Shown: positions 1 to 9,748, counted from the first letter of the stretch. The stretch is 32,000 nucleotides of DNA from Nostoc punctiforme PCC 73102 (GCF_000020025.1 NC_010628.1:3180001-3212000); one strand, 5' to 3'. The notes: generated by a model from the sequence alone, not told the origin. Numbers and translations: made by a program.

Positions 1-111
1 CAGGAATAACCTGAATTTATATAGTATGACTCCAGGTTTCGGGTGTCTTGACAGAGTAGGGCAGAAATCCCCCCAACAGCAATCAAGGGCGGGGGAAAAT
101 AATACCATCTT

Positions 112-150
112 GGAAAAAGCGTTGCGAATTAACTTCGCAACGCTTTTTCC
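112..150. terminator. Perfect 17-bp-stem hairpin flanked by A and T runs; candidate bidirectional intrinsic terminator
   Basis: The sequence ggaaaaagcgttgcgaa-ttaac-ttcgcaacgctttttcc was read directly. It has an A5 run inside the left arm and a T5 run in the right arm, and is followed by attttttag. Confidence 0.6.
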
Positions 151-406
151 ATTTTTTAGAGCAGTGGGGAGATGAGGAGGACAAGGGAGACGAAGAATTA
201 TTGAACAATTCTCTTTCCAATGGCCCATACTTCTCTACGAGAGGCTGCGCCCTAAGCGTAGCTATGCCGCAGGCTTTACGACTGCGCTCAGTACAAGTTC
301 CCAATTCCCAATTCCCCATCAGAGATCCATATTGCCCTAAAATTCTACACGGGGAGCGAAGCTGACTGAGTGCCCCCATGATTCACTGTTATCAGAGGAC
401 TTTTTT

Positions 407-919
407 GTGGATTTATCTCGTATTCCTGCCCAACCGAAACCCGGTTTAATCAACGTTCTGATTGAAATTACTGGCGGAAGTAAAAATAAATACGAATACG
501 ACAAGGAACTAGAAGCTTTTGCTCTAGACCGAGTACTTTATTCCTCGGTAAAATATCCTTATGACTATGGCTTTGTACCCAATACTTTGGCAGATGATGG
601 CGATCCCCTCGATGGGATGGTCATAATTGATGAGCCAACCTTCCCAGGCTGTATTATTGCTGCACGACCGATTGGCTTCTTGGAAATGATTGACGGTGGC
701 GATCGCGATGAAAAAATCCTTTGTGTTCCTGACAAAGATCCCCGTTACACTCAGGTTAAATCCCTGAAAGATGTAGCGCCACACCGCTTAGATGAAATCG
801 CTGAATTTTTCCGTAGTTATAAAAATTTGGAAAAAAAGGTGACTGAAATTCTCGGTTGGCAAGATGTGGACAAGGTTGCAGCTTTAGTAGAAAAATCCGT
901 CAAAGCTTATAGAGGATAA
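407..919 (+). CDS. ppa: Soluble inorganic pyrophosphatase (family I)
   Basis: 170-aa ORF with a GTG start. The family I PPase blocks [19 protein letters not shown] and GGDRDEKIL are present in the expected order, and the length is full. Confidence 0.95.
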   Translation: MDLSRIPAQPKPGLINVLIEITGGSKNKYEYDKELEAFALDRVLYSSVKYPYDYGFVPNTLADDGDPLDGMVIIDEPTFPGCIIAARPIGFLEMIDGGDRDEKILCVPDKDPRYTQVKSLKDVAPHRLDEIAEFFRSYKNLEKKVTEILGWQDVDKVAALVEKSVKAYRG

Positions 920-924
920 TAGAA

Positions 925-979
925 GAGTTAGGAGTTAGGAGTTAAGAGTTATAAATTTTTATTCCTCAATCCTAACTCC
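925..979. repeat. STRR-like heptamer tandem repeat (GAGTTAG x4) with a downstream complementary arm, forming a hairpin after ppa
   Basis: gagttag gagttag gagttaa gagttat lies at 925-952. cctaactcc at 971-979 is the reverse complement of ggagttagg. Confidence 0.7.
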
Positions 980-984
980 TTTAC

Positions 985-1008
985 AGACGCGATTAATCGC
1001 GTCTCTAC
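985..1008. repeat. Dispersed palindromic element, copy 1 (AGACGCGATTAATCGCGTCT plus CTAC)
   Basis: A 20-bp perfect palindrome lies at 985-1004. The 24-nt string is the exact reverse complement of 12753-12776. Confidence 0.8.
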
Positions 1009-1063
1009 TCATAAATTTCGCTTGTTACGGATCGCAAAAACTGCCACCAAATCCTAAACCAAA

Positions 1064-1447
1064 ATGCAGCGTACTCTCCTTTTGGCAAAAATTCATAATT
1101 GCACCCTTACAGGGGCGAATATCAACTACGTGGGTAGTATCAGCATCGATGAAATCCTTTTGGAAAAGGCTGGGATCTTACCTTATGAACAAGTGCAAGT
1201 AGTTAATAGTGCCAATGGTCAGCGTTTTATTACTTATGCGATCCCGGCTCCAGCCCATTCAGGAGTAATTGAGCTAAATGGGGGTGCAGCACGTTTAGGC
1301 ATTATTGGCGATCGCTTGATTATAATGACTTACGGGCAGTTCACTCCAGAAGAGTTAAAAAATTACTCTCCTACGGTAGTCATTGTGGACGAAAAAAACA
1401 GGCTGTTGGAAGTTCGGCGCTACGATGACCTGCTCGTTAAGGTCTAA
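1064..1447 (+). CDS. panD: Aspartate 1-decarboxylase proenzyme
   Basis: 127 aa. It has the pyruvoyl self-cleavage context YVGSISID (Gly-Ser) and PanD-typical length and sequence ([16 protein letters not shown]...). Confidence 0.93.
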
Positions 1448-1458
1448 TTTGAAGGAAA

Positions 1459-2361
1459 ATGTCAAATTTTGAGTTGTCGGATTCCCAGAGCTACGTACCT
1501 GAAAAGTCTGCTATCCTGCCAAGTAGCCCAGCAGATGAATTTATTGTGCAATTTTGGGGTGTAAGGGGTTTGATTCCCACCCCAGACACCAGCACCAACC
1601 GCTATGGTGGTAATACTGCTTGTGTAGAAATATATGTAGGTGGGAAACGCCTGATTTTTGATGGCGGTACTGGCTTACGCATACTGGGTAAAACTTGGCA
1701 AGAACTACAACAGCCAATACAAGCCCATTTATTTTTTACCAACTGTCAATCAAATCGGATTCAAGGGTTTCCCTTTTTTGCTCCCGCATTTATTGTAGAA
1801 AATTGCTTTCATATTTACGGCACAGCTGCCTCAAATGGAGCCTCAATCAAACAATGTTTGTACGATCAGATGCTCCAGCCCCACTTTCCTTATCCTTTAC
1901 AGGTAATGCAGTCGGAATTGCAGTTTTACAATCTGACTCCAGACAGTGATGTAAAGCTAGATGATGTTATCATTACAACCGCATTAATCAATCAAACTCA
2001 GCGCTCAGTTGGCTACCGAGTTAGTTGGCAAGATTATAGTGTTGCCTACGTCACGGATTTGCACCAGAATGCCGAGCAAGTGGAGCAAGAGCGGATTTTA
2101 GAGTTTATTAAAGGCGCTGATTTGCTGATTGCCAATGCCACTTACACTCCCCCTACGTCTCACAACCATGACTCTGCTGATTTACTCTGGCAAGCTGCGG
2201 TGAATGCAGCTCTGAATGCTGGTGTACAACGGCTAGCTATTTCTCATCATCACCCAGATGACCATGATGATTTTCTCGATCGGGTTCAAGTCGATGTTAA
2301 ATCTGCTTTTTCTCAAGCAGTATTAGCCCATGAAGGTCTAGTTTTAACTGTTAGTAAGTGA
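1459..2361 (+). CDS. MBL-fold (Lactamase_B_2-like) protein with a degenerate HxHxDH motif
   Basis: 300 aa. The blocks FWGVRG, RYGGNTACVE, FDGGTG and IQGFPFF match a conserved cyanobacterial MBL-fold family. The metal-ligand position reads TNCQSNR. Confidence 0.8.
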   Translation: MSNFELSDSQSYVPEKSAILPSSPADEFIVQFWGVRGLIPTPDTSTNRYGGNTACVEIYVGGKRLIFDGGTGLRILGKTWQELQQPIQAHLFFTNCQSNRIQGFPFFAPAFIVENCFHIYGTAASNGASIKQCLYDQMLQPHFPYPLQVMQSELQFYNLTPDSDVKLDDVIITTALINQTQRSVGYRVSWQDYSVAYVTDLHQNAEQVEQERILEFIKGADLLIANATYTPPTSHNHDSADLLWQAAVNAALNAGVQRLAISHHHPDDHDDFLDRVQVDVKSAFSQAVLAHEGLVLTVSK

Positions 2362-2419
2362 TTTAGACTCCTTTGTAATGTGTTTGTTATCGCAGTGAGA
2401 CCGAGAATCATTGTGACCA

Positions 2420-2441
2420 TTCCCAGCCATCTGGCTGGGAA
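2420..2441 (+). terminator. Hairpin between the convergent MBL-fold and HtrA genes
   Basis: ttcccagcc-atct-ggctgggaa forms a 9-bp stem. A T6 run follows, but only about 14 nt downstream. Confidence 0.35.
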
Positions 2442-2504
2442 CGAGAGAAAGCTTTTTTAAACTTTGTTTCAACTTAAGTTGCCACCAGTAACAGATGTGC
2501 GGCT

Positions 2505-3725
2505 CTATGAAGCATTTTGCAACTCAGCTGTGCGGACTGAAAGCTGCTGTGTCTGATTACCTCGTTGCACTTTCACCTGCAATACTTGACCAAGACGACT
2601 ATCTTCTACAACGTTCTGCAATTGTTCAGCACTGGTAATAGCTTTACCATCAACTTGCAGAATTACATCCCCGCGCCGAATACCAGCAGATGCAGCGGGA
2701 GAATTGGGGACTACTCGCATGACAAAAACACCATTAATTTCTGGTATCTGAATAGGAGAGTTGGGATCGGTGTTATTTTGCTTGGCAAGATCGGGTGTTA
2801 AAGTTAGCATTTGCACACCTAAATAGGGGTGAGCAACTTTGCCATCACGTTGCAGTTGCGCTGCGATCGCTTTCGCTTTATCAATAGGAATGGCAAACCC
2901 AATACCCATCGCGTCGGGACGAATCGCTGTGTTAATGCCAATCACTTCACCTTGGCCATTTAATAGCGGCCCGCCAGAGTTACCTGGGTTAATGGCGGCA
3001 TCGGTTTGAATGAAGTCTAAGCGTTTGTCGCTAATGCCAACTTGGGCGCTGGAACGTTTGAGCGTACTGACAATTCCCAAAGTAACGGTATTATCAAATC
3101 CTAAAGGATTACCAACTGCGATCGCCCAATCTCCGACTTGGACATTAGTGGAAGAACCCAAGGGTGCGACTGGTAAATCGTTACCAGCGTTAATCTTGAC
3201 TACTGCCAAATCTGTAACTTCATCAATACCTTGAACTTTTCCTTCAAAGGTACGGCCATCTTTGAGCCGGACTGTTACCTTATCAGCCTTATCGACCACA
3301 TGAGCGTTAGTCATAACTAAGCCGCTCTTGTCAATAATGAAACCTGAACCTAAACCGCGTAACTGCTCAGAAGGAACCTGTTGGGAGAAACCGTCACCAA
3401 AGAACCGACGGAAAAATGGGTCTTCCATAAATGGATCGACGCGACGAGTAATTGTCCGCTCAGTATCAATGCGAACAACTGCTGAACCAACACGATTCAC
3501 TGCTGCTGTGACAAAGCTACTAGTACCGATCGCAGCCGTGGCTGGTGATTGCCGTTGAGCAATCAGTTGTGGAGTATCTCCACCTGTAACTTGGGGTGCA
3601 GGTTCGGCTTGGGAAGGCAACACCTGCAATGTGCTAACCGTTAACACAACTCCAAGCGCGAGCGCTAAAACATAACTACTGAGTTGACGTATGGATCTGG
3701 GTAATTTGGGAAATCGCATAATCAC
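2505..3725 (-). CDS. HtrA/DegP-family periplasmic serine protease with a PDZ domain
   Basis: 406 aa with a hydrophobic signal-anchor. Trypsin-fold triad contexts TNAHVV, DLAVVK and GNSGGPL are present. The C-terminal PDZ-like region contains GIRRGDVILQVDG. Confidence 0.93.
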   Translation of the reverse strand: MIMRFPKLPRSIRQLSSYVLALALGVVLTVSTLQVLPSQAEPAPQVTGGDTPQLIAQRQSPATAAIGTSSFVTAAVNRVGSAVVRIDTERTITRRVDPFMEDPFFRRFFGDGFSQQVPSEQLRGLGSGFIIDKSGLVMTNAHVVDKADKVTVRLKDGRTFEGKVQGIDEVTDLAVVKINAGNDLPVAPLGSSTNVQVGDWAIAVGNPLGFDNTVTLGIVSTLKRSSAQVGISDKRLDFIQTDAAINPGNSGGPLLNGQGEVIGINTAIRPDAMGIGFAIPIDKAKAIAAQLQRDGKVAHPYLGVQMLTLTPDLAKQNNTDPNSPIQIPEINGVFVMRVVPNSPAASAGIRRGDVILQVDGKAITSAEQLQNVVEDSRLGQVLQVKVQRGNQTQQLSVRTAELQNAS

Positions 3726-4035
3726 AACCTAATTTATAAGCTTAATTTTTGCTTAGTCGTGACAAATCTATTTACAGTTATTTTTACTTCAGGTTTCGCC
3801 TGCTCTTCCCAATAGTGTGGTTAGGGCATTTTACGATTTACCTATAATCAAGTTAATGGAAAATTTAACCCAAAAGCTATTATGGACATTCACCCTTTAC
3901 AAGTTCGGTTTTTACCCATCAATAAAACTTTTGGATTGCTAATAAAACTAGAAGTTTCAAAGTAGTGACACCGATAAAAAGGAGATGTGGGACACCCATG
4001 CTCACTTTTGGTTCAAAAACCGATCGGATAATGAA

Positions 4036-5358
4036 CTAACTTTTGAATAAAATTTCATTCCGACTGATTGCACCTAGCTGGGGTAAAGAGTTGATTGCTG
4101 AGTGGGGAATCAGGGCGGTAGGAACGGTTAGAGGTAGTTGTAACTGTTTTACAACACTTTGTAGTAGTTGGTCTTGTCCAGTCCGCAAACCCCAAACATT
4201 TGTCCCACGATTGATAATAGCAAACCAAACCAAACCGCGATCGCGTGTGGGCATAACTCCTGCTAAAGCACTCACATCTCGAAGAGTGCCAGTTTTGATC
4301 ACAGTAGCAAGGGGAATGTGTCTGCTGTGTACTGTTCCTCGGTGATCAAACCCAGACATGGGGAACAAATCACTCAGATTTAGCTGATGGGCAGATGCCT
4401 CACTTTGAATAGCCATAAACATCGCACAAACAGCCCTGGGGGAAATGCGATTTTCGGGGCCTAGCCCAGAACCATTAATTAACTGAATTTCCACTTGTGG
4501 CACCCTGGCAAGATTAGCAGCAGTGGATTGGACTACAGCTGCTCCTCCCACTGAATCTGCTAGCATCTCTGCCATATCGTTGTTACTGTAAACATTCATT
4601 TCCTTGAGCAGTTGCTTCAAGGGTAACGAGCGATGACGCAGTAACAAAGTTTGTTGAGGGTTTGGTTGTGCTTCAACTTTCACCGTACCCGAAATGACAA
4701 CTTGAGGCTTGGGTGTTCCCTTAGCCATGATTGAGTGTGTGTAAATAGCGGGGCGGCCCCAAGTTGCACGATTTAGTGTTTGCTTGAGCATCATACCTGC
4801 CAGCATCGGCTGCCGTTGGAAATTCATGGCAAAAGTGCCATTAACGATCAAATTTCCCTTTACCTGCTTGATGCCCATTTTATTAAGAGTATTACCAAGA
4901 GCGATCGCTTCTTCCCAAACAAACAAAGGATCGCCACCGCCTGTAATCACCAAATCGCCCTGCACAACTCCATTTACCACTGGTCCGGTGATACTCACCA
5001 AAGTATCAAATTGGTAATCTGGGCCCCAAGTTTTCAAAGCAACAAGTGAAGTGGCAATTTTGGTTAAAGAGGCAGCAGGGAGAGGTGTCGTTCCTTGGTG
5101 GTTTGCCATCAGCATTGGTCCCGACTGCATCCAAATGCCCTGACTCTCAGCCAGATTTTGCGCCACCACTTTTGATGTGATGAGCTTTTTCAGATATTCC
5201 TGCACCGTAGTTGCCCCAGTTGGATTGGGATCGGGGGCAATAACTAAGCCAGGACTACTTTGCCAAGTTAAAGCATCTAAGGCATCTAGAGGCTTGATTT
5301 GTACCCCGGCCATTTCCAGCCAGAGTGACACCAAACCTGAACCCAATAATTCCAGCAT
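4036..5358 (-). CDS. dacB: D-alanyl-D-alanine carboxypeptidase/endopeptidase (PBP4, peptidase S13)
   Basis: 440 aa. The SxxK (ASLTK), SxN (YSNN) and KTG (KTGT) boxes occur in PBP4 order and spacing. Confidence 0.88.
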   Translation of the reverse strand: MLELLGSGLVSLWLEMAGVQIKPLDALDALTWQSSPGLVIAPDPNPTGATTVQEYLKKLITSKVVAQNLAESQGIWMQSGPMLMANHQGTTPLPAASLTKIATSLVALKTWGPDYQFDTLVSITGPVVNGVVQGDLVITGGGDPLFVWEEAIALGNTLNKMGIKQVKGNLIVNGTFAMNFQRQPMLAGMMLKQTLNRATWGRPAIYTHSIMAKGTPKPQVVISGTVKVEAQPNPQQTLLLRHRSLPLKQLLKEMNVYSNNDMAEMLADSVGGAAVVQSTAANLARVPQVEIQLINGSGLGPENRISPRAVCAMFMAIQSEASAHQLNLSDLFPMSGFDHRGTVHSRHIPLATVIKTGTLRDVSALAGVMPTRDRGLVWFAIINRGTNVWGLRTGQDQLLQSVVKQLQLPLTVPTALIPHSAINSLPQLGAISRNEILFKS

Positions 5359-6184
5359 ATTTTATTCCTCTATATGTGTTTAGGATGTTCTATATTATTT
5401 CCTGTGCTAATATACACGCTTTTTTAAGCAGATCAGCATTGAGTCACAATAACTGGTGCATTAGGCATCTGAAAGTAAGGTGAATTACATGATTTTCGTT
5501 ATACTTTTGACAAAAAAAGACTGACTCTGAGAGCCACGTCTCTTGAAAGCCAGTATAAAGGAGGCAAAGCGAATTGACTTTTCATATTTCATCATTTTTT
5601 ATTAAAAAAATGATAATAATTTATATACATTGTAAATTTCTCTTCAATACCTGTTTCAAAGTCATCCTAAAACAGACATATCAGCTAAGTTAAATTATGA
5701 AGATATCAAAATCATCCAACATTTTTTTCGTTGATCTAGCCGATCTAAACTGTGAATATAGAAATCCTATCTGAGTTGTGAAAATTATTTTGTTTAACGT
5801 AGATGCAGAGCGGCTGTCCGCAGGCTACCACAAAGTACGCATAAACACTTAACTACTGAAAAAAGACATAATAGTAAACTAATTGCTTGTGATATTGGGG
5901 AACTATACGCCTGATTGATTTGGATGGTAATTTAATTTTTCAACCACTTACAGGGCATTGAAAATCACTATATTCATTGAATTTCAGTCCAGATGGGGAA
6001 TCTAATTCTAGTGCTAGTGAAGCTAGTACTATTCGGTTGCGGAGAGCTAGCTATTGGAGATGGTGGGAAGTTTGTTGCGATCGCCTGCGTTATCATATCG
6101 CTTTCATAGAGTCAAATCTTTAGCGATCCAAAAGATATTAAACTGGCAATAAGCCTGTGAAGCCTGTCAAAAATATTGGGATGC

Positions 6185-6202
6185 GGGTGGAAAAATCCAC
6201 CC
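6185..6202 (-). terminator. Hairpin immediately downstream of the LOG-family gene stop
   Basis: gggtgga-aaaa-tccaccc forms a 7-bp GC-rich stem 8 nt past the stop codon on the minus strand. No contiguous U-run follows directly. Confidence 0.35.
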
Positions 6203-6209
6203 CTAAACT

Positions 6210-7280
6210 CTACTTTCTTTCTGGGTGTACTTCATCAGAAGATGTAGCAGTACCCATTTGGTTAATTGTGGCAATCATCTGATACAAACGCCCCAAGTCC
6301 CGTTGATTGAAGTACAAAATGAGGCGGGGTAATTCAACCGTTTCATCTTGTGCTTCTTGAGGTAATGCCTGACTTTTTTCAATCCGTCCTTTAACAATAA
6401 TGTCACTGAAATCAGCATTGAGTTGCTCTACAAGATAGTCTGATATATCTGTCTTCAGGCGGATGACTAATTGCTCGCCTACATATCGACAGGAGTGATA
6501 AACCTGGTAAAAACGAGTAATAGCGTCACAAGCCACATCCAGGTTGTCTGTCACCGTGTAAAGGCTGGGGTCTTCAGGACTGACAAGACCATTTTGGACT
6601 AATTGCTTATCAATATATTCGCTCCAAGACCGCCAGTAATCACCACCAGGGTGGTCAATTAAAACTAGAGGTACTGGGCCAAACTTACCATTCTGGCTTA
6701 ATGTCATACATTCAAAAGCTTCATCTTGAGTGCCAAAGCCTCCCGGAAATAAGGCTACAGCATCACTTTCTTTGAGGAGAAAAAGCTTGCGAGTAAAGAA
6801 ATATTTGAAAATAATTAGCTTGGGATCGCCCTCTATAAAAGGGTTTGCTTCTTGTTCAAAAGGTAATTGAATATTTAATCCAAAGGAATTTTCTCGTCCA
6901 GCACCTTCGTGACCCGCCTGCATGATTCCACCGCCACCGCCGGTCATCACCATAAATCCTAATTGAGAAACAGCGCGAGCAAACTCAAGGGCCATTTGGT
7001 ACTCTGGCGTATCTGGCGCTAGACGAGCAGAACCGAAGATGGTGACTTTGCGAACGTGTCGGTAATCATAAAAGAGCTGGAAACCGCGTTCCATATCTGC
7101 TAACGCAGCCGACAATATTTTCCAATCGAGACGCTCAATTTCTGTATCAGCTAGACGGACAATAGTAGCAAGTGCTTGCTGAATAAGTTGCCGATTTTTT
7201 AATGTCGGTAAACGAGCGATCAATTCAGCGATATCCGCCTGTAAAGACTCTAATGTGTCAAACGACGCAGATGAAGTCAT
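6210..7280 (-). CDS. LOG-family (TIGR00730) Rossmann-fold protein, extended PpnN-like form
   Basis: 356 aa. It has the GGGxGxM motif (GGGGGIMQAG) and the PGGxGTxxE motif (PGGFGTQDE), with extra N- and C-terminal regions beyond a minimal LOG domain. Confidence 0.88.
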   Translation of the reverse strand: MTSSASFDTLESLQADIAELIARLPTLKNRQLIQQALATIVRLADTEIERLDWKILSAALADMERGFQLFYDYRHVRKVTIFGSARLAPDTPEYQMALEFARAVSQLGFMVMTGGGGGIMQAGHEGAGRENSFGLNIQLPFEQEANPFIEGDPKLIIFKYFFTRKLFLLKESDAVALFPGGFGTQDEAFECMTLSQNGKFGPVPLVLIDHPGGDYWRSWSEYIDKQLVQNGLVSPEDPSLYTVTDNLDVACDAITRFYQVYHSCRYVGEQLVIRLKTDISDYLVEQLNADFSDIIVKGRIEKSQALPQEAQDETVELPRLILYFNQRDLGRLYQMIATINQMGTATSSDEVHPERK

Positions 7281-7445
7281 GAGAACTGCCGCAACAATGG
7301 CATTATATTCTACGTGAATGACTTACACTCTAGCAAGCGGGATATAGCCCCCTGAATATCAATATCCGGTAGCATCTGAATACTTTAAAAACGACAGAGA
7401 TGCCGAGGACGTAAAGGACATAAATAAAGATATCACCACCTTCCC

Positions 7446-9317
7446 TCAATTCAACCCCAATTCTTCTTTCAATGCCACCGGGATATTAACTGCTGTCTCT
7501 AATCCCCGCACACCTTCCCACTGCTGTTTTTTACCCCAGGTCATTTTTTCCATATTGGCATCGCTGAGATCTGCACCACTGAGGATGGCGTAACTTAAGT
7601 TACTGTGGCTGAGATTCGCGCCATTGAGGATCGCACCACTCAGATTACTGCCACTGAGGTTAGCACTGTTAAGGTTGGCATAGCTGAAGTCTGTACCGAA
7701 AAGGATCGCGTCGGTGAGGTCGGCACCACTGAGGTCGGCTTCGCTGAGAATCACCCCACTGAGGTCAGCTTCGTTGAGGCTTACCCGACTCAGGTCTACG
7801 CCGCTAAGGTCTGCGCCTAAGAACATTGCACCGTTAAGTCTTGCATTGTTAAGTTTGGCACCGTTAAGTTTGGCATAGCTAAGGTCAGCAGCCATGAGGA
7901 TGGCATCACTAAGGTTGGTGCTGAAAAGAATTGTATCGCTGAGGTTAGTACCGTTGAGGATGGCGTGACTTAAATCAGCACCACTGAGGTCGGCGCGGCA
8001 GAGGTCAGCATGGTTAAGGCTGACGTTGCTGAGGTTGGCTTCACTTAGATTCGCACCAAAAAGGATAGCGTTGCTGAGGTCGGCTCGGCTGAAATTGGTG
8101 CTGCTGAGGTCGGCGCGGCTGAGGTTGGTGTTGCTGAGGTCGGCGCGGTTGAGGTTGGTGCTGCTGAGGTCGGCGCGATTCAGGTCGGCGCGGCTAAGGT
8201 TGGCACGGCTAAGGTTAGCACCACTAAGGTTAGTGCTGCTGAGGTCGGCACCACTGAGGTTAGCCCCACTGAGGTTAGCACCACTGAGGTTGGCATCGCC
8301 GAAGTTGGCACCGCTAAGGTTGGCACCTATGAAGTTTACACCAGTTAAGTTGGCATCGCCGAGATAGGCAAGGCTGAGGTCAGCACCGCTAAAATCTGCC
8401 CCGGTAAGGTTGGCATCGCCCAAGTAAGCACTACGAAAGTTACCGCCTTTGAGAAATTGCCCGACTATACTGCTAAAGTTGCCAATTTCTAAGGCATCGC
8501 TATAGTTAATGATCCGCAGCAGTTGGGATGTGAAAAAATTGTCTGTATCTGGTTGGGCTGATGGATAGAAGGTAATTTTTTCTTTGAGTTCATCTTGCTC
8601 TTGGGCGTAGCGGTGTAACTCTAACAGTAAAATCAGTACGTTCAATCCTGTATAGATGTCTAACTGTCTCAGCCCGATCGCAATATTTTGAGTTGCTAGC
8701 TTTAATTTTGTTTTCTGAGGCAGGTTATCATCTGGTGTGGCATCAATAAATTCTCCCTGACACCAGCGACGATAAAAATCTTCTAGCCGCCAGAAAAGCA
8801 CTTCTGGGTCAATCTTTTGACTACTCACAACCAATTCTATTATTTGGTTGACTATTTCTGATTTCAGCGCTCTATTGCCTAGTAAATCATAAATCTCTTC
8901 ATGCATCTGGCGATCGCACACTCTTAAGCATAACTCTGATGGTAGCGGGCCCGATATGCGATCGCCTATCTTAGAAGTCAAACTGCTCTTTGATATTGTC
9001 CATTTTTCTAAGCTTTCTTGCAGTCTTTGAGACCATGAATCTTCCTGTAAATTACCTTGAGCAAATTTAACGCTTTTGTTTAGTTCTTTAATACTTTTTC
9101 CTAGAGATAAACCGACTTTAGTTTCCACCAATCTGGTCTTTGGCATCTCTTGTAAGCTTATATCCCTCACATAATTTCTCAGCAGTTGCCAAACTTGAGA
9201 TAAATATGTTGACATTTCTGTGTCCGTTGTTACATTTAAATTACTGTTTTGATAATCTGGAACTAAAATTTTTTCTCTGTTACTTTGTTTATCATTGCCA
9301 AAAATAAATAGTATCAA
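7446..9317 (-). CDS. Pentapeptide-repeat protein with a non-repetitive N-terminal domain
   Basis: 623 aa. About 330 C-terminal residues are uninterrupted A(D/N)LSx pentapeptides. The N-terminal ~290 aa have no motif I recognise. Confidence 0.9.
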   Translation of the reverse strand: MILFIFGNDKQSNREKILVPDYQNSNLNVTTDTEMSTYLSQVWQLLRNYVRDISLQEMPKTRLVETKVGLSLGKSIKELNKSVKFAQGNLQEDSWSQRLQESLEKWTISKSSLTSKIGDRISGPLPSELCLRVCDRQMHEEIYDLLGNRALKSEIVNQIIELVVSSQKIDPEVLFWRLEDFYRRWCQGEFIDATPDDNLPQKTKLKLATQNIAIGLRQLDIYTGLNVLILLLELHRYAQEQDELKEKITFYPSAQPDTDNFFTSQLLRIINYSDALEIGNFSSIVGQFLKGGNFRSAYLGDANLTGADFSGADLSLAYLGDANLTGVNFIGANLSGANFGDANLSGANLSGANLSGADLSSTNLSGANLSRANLSRADLNRADLSSTNLNRADLSNTNLSRADLSSTNFSRADLSNAILFGANLSEANLSNVSLNHADLCRADLSGADLSHAILNGTNLSDTILFSTNLSDAILMAADLSYAKLNGAKLNNARLNGAMFLGADLSGVDLSRVSLNEADLSGVILSEADLSGADLTDAILFGTDFSYANLNSANLSGSNLSGAILNGANLSHSNLSYAILSGADLSDANMEKMTWGKKQQWEGVRGLETAVNIPVALKEELGLN

Positions 9318-9748
9318 TAAATACTACACGAAAAATATCATGTGTTGTCGATATCTATGATGGGCTGCACTGGCGGCGTTTTTTGAGGGTGGCTTCTCGC
9401 TAACCCTAAGTCACATCAAGCTTCTTCTCTTGATGTAAATAAGTGCGATCGGAAAAATTCTTTCAAAAATTAAGTAATTTCCCGACTTTGGTTAATTTGT
9501 TATACTTTTTTTCCAAGATATTTACTAGTCTAATGTAAAAATAATACTTACTCATTGTAAAAGACGCAATTGTTAGGAAAAATCCATCTGTACAACAGCG
9601 TGAACATTGCGGAAAAATGGCAACTAAAATTGAAGTCTAAACTTTACTGCTTTATATAAAGCAGCTGAAAGAATTAGCAAAAAGCAGGCTACATAACTTT
9701 GCAAAAGTTAAAAATTAACTACCGAATCGTTATTGGGGGATTGATGCG

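Noticed and set aside
83-379. 98-aa minus-strand ORF in the track
   Set aside because: It runs through the terminator hairpin, heptamer repeats and GC-rich repeat blocks. Its low-complexity translation (SSSPLSSSSP) has no start context, so it is most likely a repeat artefact.
8026-8367. 113-aa plus-strand ORF (LRSARLRLVLLRSA...), and likewise 7605-7820
   Set aside because: These are antisense shadows of the pentapeptide-repeat coding sequence. The periodic repeat keeps the opposite strand open.
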